Part shown: positions 1 through 8,187 of the stretch, in pieces | How positions within the stretch are numbered: position 1 is the first letter of the stretch | How the letters are laid out: each line of letters starts with the position of its first letter | NCBI GenBank assembly: GCA_037142615.1 | Contig: JBAXAI010000042.1 | Span: 1-29,319, forward strand | Direction: 5' to 3' | DNA: 29,319 nucleotides | From: Spirochaetales bacterium | GTDB lineage: Bacteria > Spirochaetota > Spirochaetia > JABEVK01 | Made by a program: the position numbers and the translations under genes | The notes under the pieces: generated by a model | Database searches by the model: none | What the model saw: the letters and a program-made list of their open reading frames with translations, nothing else | Told to the model about the DNA's origin: nothing

Positions 1-36
1 GCTTTCGCTCGAGTTCCTCCACCAAAGGAGTTCCCA

Positions 37-930
37 ATGACCGTCGAAGTCCTAGCGCTCCGCAGCGACAATCCCGCCGTCACGCTGACGGCCTACCTGC
101 AACACGACTCGGCCGAGTTCAACACCGGCACGCTGCGTCCCGCCCTCGTTCTCGCGCCGGGGGGCGGCTACCTGTTCACGTCGGACCGCGAAGCCGAGCC
201 CGTGGCGCTGCGCTTCGCGGGTGAGGGGTACCAAACCTTCGTCGTGCGCTATTCCACGGCGTCGATCGGCGACACACGCTGGCCGCGGCCACTGGTCGAC
301 TTGGCGAAGGCCGTGCAGCTCGTCCGCCAGAACTCCCGGCGCTGGTTCGTCGACCCCGAGCGCGTCACGGTGTGCGGCTTCTCAGCGGGTGGCAACCTGG
401 TGGCGCAGTTGGGAACCCGCTGGCACGAGCCCGCGCTCGGCAAGGAACTCGCGGGTCCGGCCGAGTCGTGGCGCCCCAACGGCGTGATCGCGGGCTACCC
501 CGTCGTCGACTACCACGTGATGCTCGACGAAGCTTCGCTCGACCCTGCCGCGTCGCTGGAAGATCCGGCCAGCGGCTTCTCCAAGATGAAGCTGTGGCGC
601 GACTCGAACCTGGCGGTCCTGGGCACGACGACGCCCAGCAAGGAGCAACTCGACTGGATGAGCCCTTCGCGGGCCGTTTCGAGTCGCACGCCGCCAACGT
701 TCGTGTGGCACACGGCCGCCGACGACCTGGTGTACGTCCGCAACGCGTACGCTTTCGCCTCGGAATTGGCGAGACACCACGTTCCACACGAGATGCACGT
801 GTTCCAGACCGGCGGGCACGGCCTGTCGCTGGCCGACGTCACCACCGCGTCGGGCCCAGACCACGTGAACCCGGCGGCAGCCCAGTGGGTGCCGTTGGCT
901 CTGACTTGGCTGCGGACGAACGGCCTGTAG
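37..930 (+). CDS. Alpha/beta hydrolase, probable carbohydrate (acetyl/feruloyl) esterase
   Basis: PGGGY oxyanion motif, GFSAGG nucleophile elbow, later D (ADDLV) and H (GGHGL); RBS AAAGGAG at 24-30; no signal peptide. Confidence 0.85.
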   Translation: MTVEVLALRSDNPAVTLTAYLQHDSAEFNTGTLRPALVLAPGGGYLFTSDREAEPVALRFAGEGYQTFVVRYSTASIGDTRWPRPLVDLAKAVQLVRQNSRRWFVDPERVTVCGFSAGGNLVAQLGTRWHEPALGKELAGPAESWRPNGVIAGYPVVDYHVMLDEASLDPAASLEDPASGFSKMKLWRDSNLAVLGTTTPSKEQLDWMSPSRAVSSRTPPTFVWHTAADDLVYVRNAYAFASELARHHVPHEMHVFQTGGHGLSLADVTTASGPDHVNPAAAQWVPLALTWLRTNGL

Positions 931-943
931 GCCTGGCAAGCGT

Positions 944-1738
944 CTAGTTCGCTGGCGCGTTGCCCAGCCAACCCAGGCGCCGCGAGACGGCTTCGGCGGC
1001 CTCGCAGACCAGCCGGGCGACCGGTGACGACGCGTCGGGACGGATCACGGCCACCTCGCCCGAAGCGCTGAGGGCGGCCACGATGCGCCCCGTAAAGTCG
1101 CGTACAGGGGCTCCGATGCACCGGATCCCCACCTCGTGCTCCTCGTCGTCGAGGGCCCAACCCCGCCGCCGCGCCTCGGCCACGTCGGCCAGAAAGGCCT
1201 CGGCCGTCAGGCGGGTGCTCGGCGTGAACTTCTCATACGCCAGGCGCCTCGCCAGAGCCTCCAGCTCGGGGAGAGCCCAGTCCGAGACCAGACACTTGCC
1301 CAGCGAAGAACACGACAAGGGAATGCGTTTGCCGATCTGCGAATACATGCGCAGGTGGGCACGGGGTTCGATTTTCTCGATGTACACGGCGTCGGTGCCG
1401 TCGAGAATGGCCAGATGGACCGGCTGATCGACGGCAGCGGCGAGCTTGCGCAGGTACGGGCCGGCCTCGGTCTTGAGCTCCACCTGACCCAAACGCAGGC
1501 TGGCAAGCTCGATGAACTTCAGCCCGAGGGTGTAGAGCGCGCGTTCCTCGTCCTTTTCGATGTAGCCCTGCGCCAGCAGGTGGTTCAGCAGGCGGTGGAC
1601 GGTGCTTTTGTGCAAACCTACCCGTAAGCCGATTTCGGTGACGCCAAAGCCTTGCGCGTGAACGGCCAGCAGTTCAATGATCTTGAGCGCGCGGTCGAGC
1701 GTCTGTACGACGGCGCCGGGCTTTTCGGGGTCGGCCAT
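944..1738 (-). CDS. IclR-family transcriptional regulator (KdgR-like)
   Basis: N-terminal wHTH (VQTLDRALKIIELL...LHKSTVHRLL) and IclR C-terminal signature (RGWALDDEEHEVGIRCIGAPV). Confidence 0.93.
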   Translation of the reverse strand: MADPEKPGAVVQTLDRALKIIELLAVHAQGFGVTEIGLRVGLHKSTVHRLLNHLLAQGYIEKDEERALYTLGLKFIELASLRLGQVELKTEAGPYLRKLAAAVDQPVHLAILDGTDAVYIEKIEPRAHLRMYSQIGKRIPLSCSSLGKCLVSDWALPELEALARRLAYEKFTPSTRLTAEAFLADVAEARRRGWALDDEEHEVGIRCIGAPVRDFTGRIVAALSASGEVAVIRPDASSPVARLVCEAAEAVSRRLGWLGNAPAN

Positions 1739-1744
1739 GTCGAC

Positions 1745-1773
1745 AGGCTAGCCTCCAGCCCGCCACGTGTCAA
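1745..1773 (-). promoter_or_regulatory. Sigma70-type promoter of the IclR gene, probably leaderless
   Basis: TTGACA (1773-1768), 17-nt spacer, TAGCCT (1750-1745), then 6 nt to the ATG at 1738. Confidence 0.75.
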
Positions 1774-1792
1774 TGTTTCATAGGGTAAAACA
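1774..1792. promoter_or_regulatory. Probable IclR operator (imperfect palindrome)
   Basis: TGTTTCA-TAGGG-TAAAACA, 6 of 7 arm positions match; AT-rich site between the divergent iclR and GH30 promoters. Confidence 0.6.
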
Positions 1793-1803
1793 GCTGGGGG
1801 CCG

Positions 1804-1812
1804 TGGTATGCT
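1804..1812 (+). promoter_or_regulatory. Extended -10 promoter of the GH30 gene
   Basis: TGgTATGCT ending 5 nt before the ATG at 1818; no clear SD. Confidence 0.55.
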
Positions 1813-1817
1813 GGGGC

Positions 1818-3227
1818 ATGCGCAAACCCTTTTCCGTTTTGGCCGCGTCGCTGGTGCTGCTGGTTCCCCTCGCGGCCATGGGCACGCCCGAGAAGCCCCG
1901 GCTGACGCTCGACCCTTCGTCAGCCTTTCAGACCGTCGAACACTTTGGCACCTCGGCCGCGTGGTGGGCCCAGGCCGTCGGCACTTGGCCCGAAGCCGAA
2001 CTCGACCGCACCGTCGACCTCTTGTTCAGCCGCGAGCAGGGCATCGGTTTGTCGCTGGTGCGCTACAACCTGGGCGGCGGCAAGGAGGGCGGGGCAGCCA
2101 TTGCCGACCCGTGGCGCTCGGCCTCCGCTCCGCTTCGTACCAGTACCGGCTTCGATTGGTCGCCCGATGCGGCGGCGGTCCGGGTCGTCGACAAAGCCGT
2201 GGCCCTCGGCGCGCAGGTGCTCGTGTTCGCCAACAGTCCCCCGGCGTCGCTCACCGTCACGGGTCTCACCACGGGCAACAAGGCCGTCAGCAACCTCCGC
2301 CCCGAAGCCCGGGGGGCCTTCGCCGCGTACTTGGCCGACGCGGTGGAATCACTCACCGCGCGGGGCTGGCCCGTGGTCGCCGTGAGCCCGATGAACGAAC
2401 CGCAGTGGGACTGGCAGCCTTCGAACGGGCAAGAGGGCTCACACGACACGCCGGCCGAGGCCCACGCGCTGCTGACGGCCTTGGCGGCCGAGTGGCGTTC
2501 GCGCGGGCTGACCACCGAATTGTCGGCCATCGACTCGGGCGAGTGGAAACTCGGCAGCAACACCGCTTACCTGAACGAGGTGTGGGGCGACCCGGCTCTC
2601 AGGCCGCTGCTCACCCACTACTCCGTGCACTCGTACTGGTCCGAGACGGGTGACCGCCGTGCGCTGGCCGCTTTTGTCGCGGCAAAGTACCCCGGCCTGC
2701 GGTTGTGGCAGACCGAGTGGACCGAGATGAAGGGCGGCCGCGACGTGGGCATGGCCTCGGCCCTCGTGCTGGCCAAGACCGTGCAGGACGACCTGATCAA
2801 CGGCGGCGTCACGTCGTGGCAATCGTGGATCGCCGTATCGAAGTACGACTACCGCGACGGCCTGTTGTACGCCGACGAAGCAGACCAGACCGTGACGGCG
2901 ACCAAACGGTTGTGGGCGCTGGGGAACTGGTCGAGGTTTGTGCTCCCTGGGGCCCGGCGCATCGCCGCCACGCTCTCGGCGGCGGGTCGCCTGACCGTCA
3001 GCGCCTTTGCCAACCCCGACGGCTCGTTGGTCGCCGTGCTGGTGAACGATTCGCCACAGGCCCGCGAGGTCGGTGGTCTTTCGGCGCCGGGTCTGGCGGC
3101 CCCCAGTGCGACCTCGCTGGCGGTGTGGCAGACCTCCGCCGCTTCCGACCTGGAGCAAGTCAGCGCGGGGCCTCCTGGCCCCTTCGAACTCGCCCCGTAC
3201 AGCGTGACCACGCTGGTTCTGCGCTGA
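1818..3227 (+). CDS. Secreted glycoside hydrolase family 30 (possibly endo-beta-1,6-galactanase-like)
   Basis: Signal peptide MRKPFSVLAASLVLLVPLAA; GIGLSLVRYNLGGG, NSPP, SPMNEP (acid/base), LWQTEW (nucleophile), LGNWSRFVLPGARRI; start moved from 1767 to ATG 1818. Confidence 0.85.
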   Translation: MRKPFSVLAASLVLLVPLAAMGTPEKPRLTLDPSSAFQTVEHFGTSAAWWAQAVGTWPEAELDRTVDLLFSREQGIGLSLVRYNLGGGKEGGAAIADPWRSASAPLRTSTGFDWSPDAAAVRVVDKAVALGAQVLVFANSPPASLTVTGLTTGNKAVSNLRPEARGAFAAYLADAVESLTARGWPVVAVSPMNEPQWDWQPSNGQEGSHDTPAEAHALLTALAAEWRSRGLTTELSAIDSGEWKLGSNTAYLNEVWGDPALRPLLTHYSVHSYWSETGDRRALAAFVAAKYPGLRLWQTEWTEMKGGRDVGMASALVLAKTVQDDLINGGVTSWQSWIAVSKYDYRDGLLYADEADQTVTATKRLWALGNWSRFVLPGARRIAATLSAAGRLTVSAFANPDGSLVAVLVNDSPQAREVGGLSAPGLAAPSATSLAVWQTSAASDLEQVSAGPPGPFELAPYSVTTLVLR

Positions 3228-3230
3228 AGC

Positions 3231-4727
3231 CTAGGCCCCGAACCGCAGCACGTTCCACGACAGTGGGGGAAGGGGTACCGAAAGCGCGGCCGCCGACGTG
3301 GGGCGCACAGCCCGTTCCACAGGGGCCACGTTGTCGGGCTGGCTCTCGGTGTTCGTCGCCTTGAGGTCGGGGTGGGTGAGCACCGTGTGGCCGGCCAGCG
3401 AAAGGTGTTCCAAGCCAGCGAACTTTCCTGTGAGCTCCAGCGGCTCGCGGCTGCGGTTGACCACGAACAAGGTCAGGCCGCGGCCGTCGTCGCTGAGCAC
3501 CGCGCTGGCGTCGAGCCAGCTCACGAAGCCGTAGGTTTGGTTGTCGTAGCCGCCGGCGTCGAGCTTCACCTGCAGCGATGTGCCCCGGCCGTAGGTCGAG
3601 GCGTGGTACAGCGGCCAGAAAATCGTCTGTTTCCACGCCGGGCCCCCGGTGCGGGTCAGGATGGGGGCGATGACGTTCACCAGCTGAGCCAGGCACGCGA
3701 TCTTCACGCGGTCGGCGTGGCGCAGCAGGCTGTTGAGCAGGGTGCCGACCACCAGCGCGTCCTCGAAGGTGTACACATCCTCGAGCTGAGGCGGTCCCAC
3801 CGTCCACGGTTCGAGCTTCTTGTCCTGCTCGTGCGAATGGAACCACACGTTCCACTCGTCGAAGCTCAGGTTCACCTGCTTCTTGCTGCGCTTGCGGGCC
3901 CGAACGTAGTCCACCGTCGCCACCACCTGGTCGATGAAGCGGTCCATGCCCACGCCGCTGGCCAGAAAAGTCGGCAGGTCGTCGGCGCTGTTGTTGTAGT
4001 ACTCGTGCAGCGACAGGTAGTCGACCTTCTCGTAGCAATGCTCGAGCACGGTGGCCTCCCAGTGCGGGAAGGTGGGCATGTATTGGTTCGACGAGCCGAC
4101 CGCGACCAGCTCGAGCGTGGGGTCGAACAGCTTGATCGCCTTGGCGGTCTCGTAGGCTAGGCGCCCGTACTCGTCGGGGGCCTTTTGCCCCACCTGCCAC
4201 GGACCGTCGAGTTCGTTGCCCAGGCACCAGAGCTTGATGTTGTGCGGTTCGGCCACGCCGTGCGCCTTGCGCAGGTCCGACCAATAGGAGCCGCCCGGGT
4301 GGTTGGCGTATTCCACGAGAGCGCTGGCGGCCTCGAGGCCCCGCGTGCCTAGGTTGAGGGCCATCATGGCCTCGGTGCCGGCGGCCTTGGTCCACGCCAG
4401 AAACTCGTTGAGGCCAAACAAGTTGGGCTCCACGGCCTTCCACGCGAGGTCGAGGCGGCGCGGGCGCTTTTCGACGGGGCCCACGGAATCTTCCCAGTGG
4501 AACGAGCTGACGAAGTTGCCGCCCGGGTAGCGGACGACGGGCACCTTCAGCTCGCGGATCAGCGCCAACACGTCCTGGCGGAAGCCTTGCGCGTCGGCTT
4601 GCGGGTGCCCGGGCTCGTAGATGCCCCCATAGACGGCGCGGCCGAGGTGTTCGATGAACGAACCGAACAAGCGCTTGTCGACCTCGCCGACGGTGAACTC
4701 TTTGTCGAGGTGGATCTTGGCGGTCAT
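3231..4727 (-). CDS. abfA: Alpha-L-arabinofuranosidase, GH51
   Basis: FGSFIEHLGRAVYGGIYEPGHP, RYPGGNFVS, WCLGNE, SFDEWNVW, ACLAQLVNVI; RBS AGGAG before ATG 4727. Confidence 0.95.
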   Translation of the reverse strand: MTAKIHLDKEFTVGEVDKRLFGSFIEHLGRAVYGGIYEPGHPQADAQGFRQDVLALIRELKVPVVRYPGGNFVSSFHWEDSVGPVEKRPRRLDLAWKAVEPNLFGLNEFLAWTKAAGTEAMMALNLGTRGLEAASALVEYANHPGGSYWSDLRKAHGVAEPHNIKLWCLGNELDGPWQVGQKAPDEYGRLAYETAKAIKLFDPTLELVAVGSSNQYMPTFPHWEATVLEHCYEKVDYLSLHEYYNNSADDLPTFLASGVGMDRFIDQVVATVDYVRARKRSKKQVNLSFDEWNVWFHSHEQDKKLEPWTVGPPQLEDVYTFEDALVVGTLLNSLLRHADRVKIACLAQLVNVIAPILTRTGGPAWKQTIFWPLYHASTYGRGTSLQVKLDAGGYDNQTYGFVSWLDASAVLSDDGRGLTLFVVNRSREPLELTGKFAGLEHLSLAGHTVLTHPDLKATNTESQPDNVAPVERAVRPTSAAALSVPLPPLSWNVLRFGA

Positions 4728-4744
4728 GCAGAAACTCCTGAAGG

Positions 4745-4779
4745 GCGGCTGCGCCCAGTATACCACCGGAGGCAGCCGC
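4745..4779 (-). terminator. 8-bp inverted repeat downstream of phoX (possible weak terminator)
   Basis: GCGGCTGC (4745-4752) / GCAGCCGC (4772-4779), 19-nt loop, no strong U-tract. Confidence 0.3.
4757..4765 (-). promoter_or_regulatory. Extended -10 promoter for abfA
   Basis: TGgTATACT on the minus strand about 30 nt upstream of the start. Confidence 0.6.
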
Positions 4780-4791
4780 GTCTTGGGGAGT

Positions 4792-6663
4792 TTACTTCAG
4801 GGCGGGCAGACCGGCGAGGTAGCCCACGCCACCCTTCACGTCGATCGAGGGACCGTCGGCGAGGGCCTTGAGCAGTTCGGCCTTGTCGACGGCGGTGATG
4901 GGGAAGCGGGCGTTGTCGACGATCTCGTCACCGGGGTGCTGGTAGTTCGAGGTGAGGTAGGCGAACTTGCCGGCCTTTTCGACCACCGACAGGCCCGTGG
5001 CCTCGGCGCCGGCGGGAATCGACAGGATGCGCACCAGCTTCTCGCTGTCGAGCGAGTACGCCCACAGGAAGTTGTTCGTGTGCATGCCCGAATCCTCGCC
5101 GATGAACAACGTCCGCAGGGCGGGGCTGTAGGCCAGATTGTCGGGGTTGGCGATGCGGTTCACGTTGGCGCGGTTGCCGTACTCGTCGCCCACGGCGAGG
5201 TCCTGACCCTGGACCAGGCTGCGGAAACCGATGGCCTGGTAGGGCGACAGATCGCCTTCGCTCAGGATGAACTCGTACACGGCGCCCGCCGACACCTTGG
5301 TGAAGCTCAGCTGGTTGGCCGGATCGGTCTTGCTGGCTTCCATGCTCTTCGACTGGTCCGAGATGGCCACGTACAGGCGCTTCTCGGCGTTGTTGATGGC
5401 CAAGCCTTCCATCTTGTTCCACTCGGAGCAGGCGCCGAGCAGCGCCCCGTAGCGGCGGCTCTCGAGGAACGCGGCGGCCTTCTCCATGCCGGCCTTCACC
5501 TTGAGGTATTCGATGCCGGCCTTGTCGCGCGCGGCGAAGCTGTACTGCTTGATGGCGGTGAAGCCGTCGGCGGGCGCGGCGCTGGTTTCGAACAGGTCGC
5601 TGAACTTCAGGCCCTGGTCGAGGTAGGCGCGGATCTCGGCGTCGGTGGCGTGGCCCAGCTGGATCCAGGTCAGCGAGCCGCTGGGGAAGTCGGCCATCTT
5701 GCCTTGGTCGACCGAGGCTGCGTACAAGCTGCCCGCGCTGAGGTCAGCGGCCTTGTCGGCGACGTACATAAACAGCATGGTGTTCACCCCGTCGTCGCCG
5801 AAGTACACGGTGCGGTTGTCGCCGGCCACGAGGGCCAGTTCCTTCGAGAAGCGGCCCATGGAATAGTGTTTGACCGCCTTGAGCGTGTCGCCCTTGAGGC
5901 TGACCTCGGGCGTCCAGCCGTAGTCGTAGGGGTTGGCGGTGGAAGCGTCACCCGTGTAGAGCGTCACGAAGGCCTTCACGTTAGTCGAGTCCTTGGTCGC
6001 GTCGCCGAGTTCGCTTTCGAACCAGCGGGCGTCGGGCTCGTACTCTTCCGAGGCGAGGTGGGTGTTCCAGGGGCTGAGCGAGCCGTTGCAGGGAATCCAC
6101 AGGCCGTGGACGCCGGCGAAGTCGACCTTGCGCAGGCCCTTGACGGCCAGCGTTCCATCGGCTTTCTGCGTCAGTTCGGTGACCGAGATCGACGCGGGAA
6201 CCTTTCCGTAGGCGCTCTTGCCGGCGGCGTCGAGGGTGTCGTACTCAAAGTGGCTGAACAGGTACAGCTTGCCGTCCACCTGCACGAACGAGTTGGCGTC
6301 GGGCGCGTCCGAGATGAAGGGAACCGCGGGGCTCACCGACGCGTCGACGATCACTTCGCCCTTGGCGTTGATCGGGGATCCGGCGGCCACCAAAGCGCCT
6401 TTGGAATCCTTGAGACCGAAGGTCTGGTCGGTGGTGTACAGCGCTTTGTACTCGAGCGACACCGTCTTGGTGGTGCCGTCGGCCAGCGTCAGCGTGACCT
6501 GCGACTGGGTGTACGTGCGGATCATGTCGGGAATGGTCTGGGGCGCCGGCGTGCTGGTGAACTCGGCCGAAACGACGGGAACCGTCTTGGCCTCGGGAGC
6601 GCCCATGGCGAACAGAGTGGCGGAACCTGCGAGCAGGGCGCCAAGGATGAGTGACTTTTTCAT
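4792..6663 (-). CDS. phoX: PhoX-family (DUF839) alkaline phosphatase, secreted
   Basis: PCNGSLSPWNTHLASEEY, YDYGWTPEV, MGRFSKE, YFGDDG, NPDNL, IGEDS, GAEATG, NYQHPG; signal peptide; RBS GGAGG. Confidence 0.88.
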   Translation of the reverse strand: MKKSLILGALLAGSATLFAMGAPEAKTVPVVSAEFTSTPAPQTIPDMIRTYTQSQVTLTLADGTTKTVSLEYKALYTTDQTFGLKDSKGALVAAGSPINAKGEVIVDASVSPAVPFISDAPDANSFVQVDGKLYLFSHFEYDTLDAAGKSAYGKVPASISVTELTQKADGTLAVKGLRKVDFAGVHGLWIPCNGSLSPWNTHLASEEYEPDARWFESELGDATKDSTNVKAFVTLYTGDASTANPYDYGWTPEVSLKGDTLKAVKHYSMGRFSKELALVAGDNRTVYFGDDGVNTMLFMYVADKAADLSAGSLYAASVDQGKMADFPSGSLTWIQLGHATDAEIRAYLDQGLKFSDLFETSAAPADGFTAIKQYSFAARDKAGIEYLKVKAGMEKAAAFLESRRYGALLGACSEWNKMEGLAINNAEKRLYVAISDQSKSMEASKTDPANQLSFTKVSAGAVYEFILSEGDLSPYQAIGFRSLVQGQDLAVGDEYGNRANVNRIANPDNLAYSPALRTLFIGEDSGMHTNNFLWAYSLDSEKLVRILSIPAGAEATGLSVVEKAGKFAYLTSNYQHPGDEIVDNARFPITAVDKAELLKALADGPSIDVKGGVGYLAGLPALK

Positions 6664-6706
6664 GCTTCCTCCTAGGAGGCTCCAGCGTGACAAGATCGTG
6701 CAGGCG

Positions 6707-6748
6707 TTTCGTTAGGGCTTTGCTAGATTTTCGTGAGGAGTTTGCGGA
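6707..6748 (-). promoter_or_regulatory. PHO-box-like direct repeats upstream of phoX
   Basis: Minus strand CTCACG-AAAAT-CTAGCA-AAGCC-CTAACG-AAA at an 11-bp period (+ strand starts 6732, 6721, 6710); overlaps the GH79 stop codon. Confidence 0.65.
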
Positions 6749-8187
6749 AGTTCCGCGAAGGCGCATGACAGCGGCCCGAGTTCCAGAAGGGACGGCGCTG
6801 GCCCGGTGCGGTCGCCGAAGCGCACCAGGTCAGCCAGAGACGACAACAGGGCCCCGTTCCAGGTCGCCTCGCGCGAGGTCCAGCTGCCCGCCGGAGAAAG
6901 CACGTCCCACGAGGTCACCCCTCCCTCGACGGTGATCCGGGCCCGCGCCTTGCGGCTGAGGTTCACCACCACCAAGCACGAACGGCCGTCGGGCCAGGCG
7001 TGGTGCCACACCCGGAGGCGGCGGTCCGGTCCTCGCACCAAGGGCTTGGCGTGCACCAGCGGTCCCATGAGCCGCTTCCAGGCCACGGTGGCCCAGTAGT
7101 CCGGGCGCGGCTGCCAGGTGGCCGGGTCGAGCAGGCCGTAGTCGCCGCCCACCAGCGATTGGCGGAACAGGGCACCCACCCCCGCGTGCGACAACAAGCC
7201 CAGCTGGTCAAGCCACCAAGGCGTCGACAGCCACGTGTCGGACACGCCCGCCTGGCCACCGTACAGGGCGTGCCCGAGCTCCGTGAGCCAGATGGGGGCC
7301 GTGGCCGCCGAGCCCCGCTGCAGCGAACGCCGGGCATGCCGCAACCAGCGCAGCGAGCCGTCGAGCGCGCGCGGGTTGAGCAGGTTGGTCTCGCCGGCGC
7401 GGCGCACCGCCACGCGTCCCCGGTCGGACTGCTGGGGGTAGTAGTGAAAACTCAGCACGTCGAGGAAGGCCGACACCGGGCTGCGCCCCAGGGCCGGGAT
7501 AAGCGGGTTGGGCTCGCCCACCAGCGGCCAGATGGCCGAGGCGGGCCCAACGGTGCGGGTTCCCGGAGCCAGGCGTCGCACCAGGTCGGCAAACCGCGCG
7601 AAGTCGGCCAGGTACTGCCGGGGCGAAACGGCGTGGCGCAGGCCGAACAGAAAAGGGTAGGCGTTCACCTCGTTGCCAAACTCCCACGCGACCACGGGGT
7701 AACCTTTGCGGACGGTCTTGCGCAGCAGGCGCTCGGCGCCGGCCGACGTCCATCGTCCGTCGGCATCGCGAACCTCGGGGCCGGCCGACACCGTGAACAG
7801 CACCGAGAACCCCCGGGCAGCGGCCCAGCGGTTGAACTCGTCCCAACGCTTGCCCTTGAGCACCAGCACCGCGCCGACAGGGGCCGGCTCCGGCGGGCCT
7901 TCGCGCGCGAACCCGTACAAGATGCGGTCGGCCTCGGTGCCCCCCATGCGCAGCATGGCCGGAGCCAGGGCCTCGGCCCAGCGCGACAGGTCGGGCTGCG
8001 ACAGGTCGAGGGGCGCCGTGCGGTCGCGCGACAGACCCTGCGAGGTCCCTTTGGTGGGACCCCACCAGTGGCCGCCGAGCACCACCGACGTGTCGAGGGT
8101 CAGCGACACGAACTCGGGGTCTTGGCGGTGCAGCACTTCGGGCGACGGCACGATGTGGTAAAGCCGGGCTTGGGGCCGAGAACTCAA
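6712..8187 (-). CDS. GH79 beta-glucuronidase / heparanase-like hydrolase, no signal peptide
   Basis: LAPAMLRMGGTEAD, WEFGNE (acid/base), SFHYY, IWLTE (nucleophile), WLDQLG, RQSLVGGDYGLLD...PRPDYW; TTG start overlaps the upstream TGA. Confidence 0.85.
   Translation of the reverse strand: MSSRPQARLYHIVPSPEVLHRQDPEFVSLTLDTSVVLGGHWWGPTKGTSQGLSRDRTAPLDLSQPDLSRWAEALAPAMLRMGGTEADRILYGFAREGPPEPAPVGAVLVLKGKRWDEFNRWAAARGFSVLFTVSAGPEVRDADGRWTSAGAERLLRKTVRKGYPVVAWEFGNEVNAYPFLFGLRHAVSPRQYLADFARFADLVRRLAPGTRTVGPASAIWPLVGEPNPLIPALGRSPVSAFLDVLSFHYYPQQSDRGRVAVRRAGETNLLNPRALDGSLRWLRHARRSLQRGSAATAPIWLTELGHALYGGQAGVSDTWLSTPWWLDQLGLLSHAGVGALFRQSLVGGDYGLLDPATWQPRPDYWATVAWKRLMGPLVHAKPLVRGPDRRLRVWHHAWPDGRSCLVVVNLSRKARARITVEGGVTSWDVLSPAGSWTSREATWNGALLSSLADLVRFGDRTGPAPSLLELGPLSCAFAELPQTPHENLAKP

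Noticed and set aside
4654-6654. 666-aa plus-strand ORF, and similar long ORFs at 7000..8460, 10119..11600, 19858..20913, 22541..23731 and 27997..29313
   Set aside because: Antisense shadows of well-supported genes, expected in high-GC DNA; no recognisable motifs.
6712-8187. Eukaryote-to-bacterium transfer of heparanase
   Set aside because: Bacterial GH79 enzymes are well known and base composition matches the neighbours; this cannot be supported without a tree.
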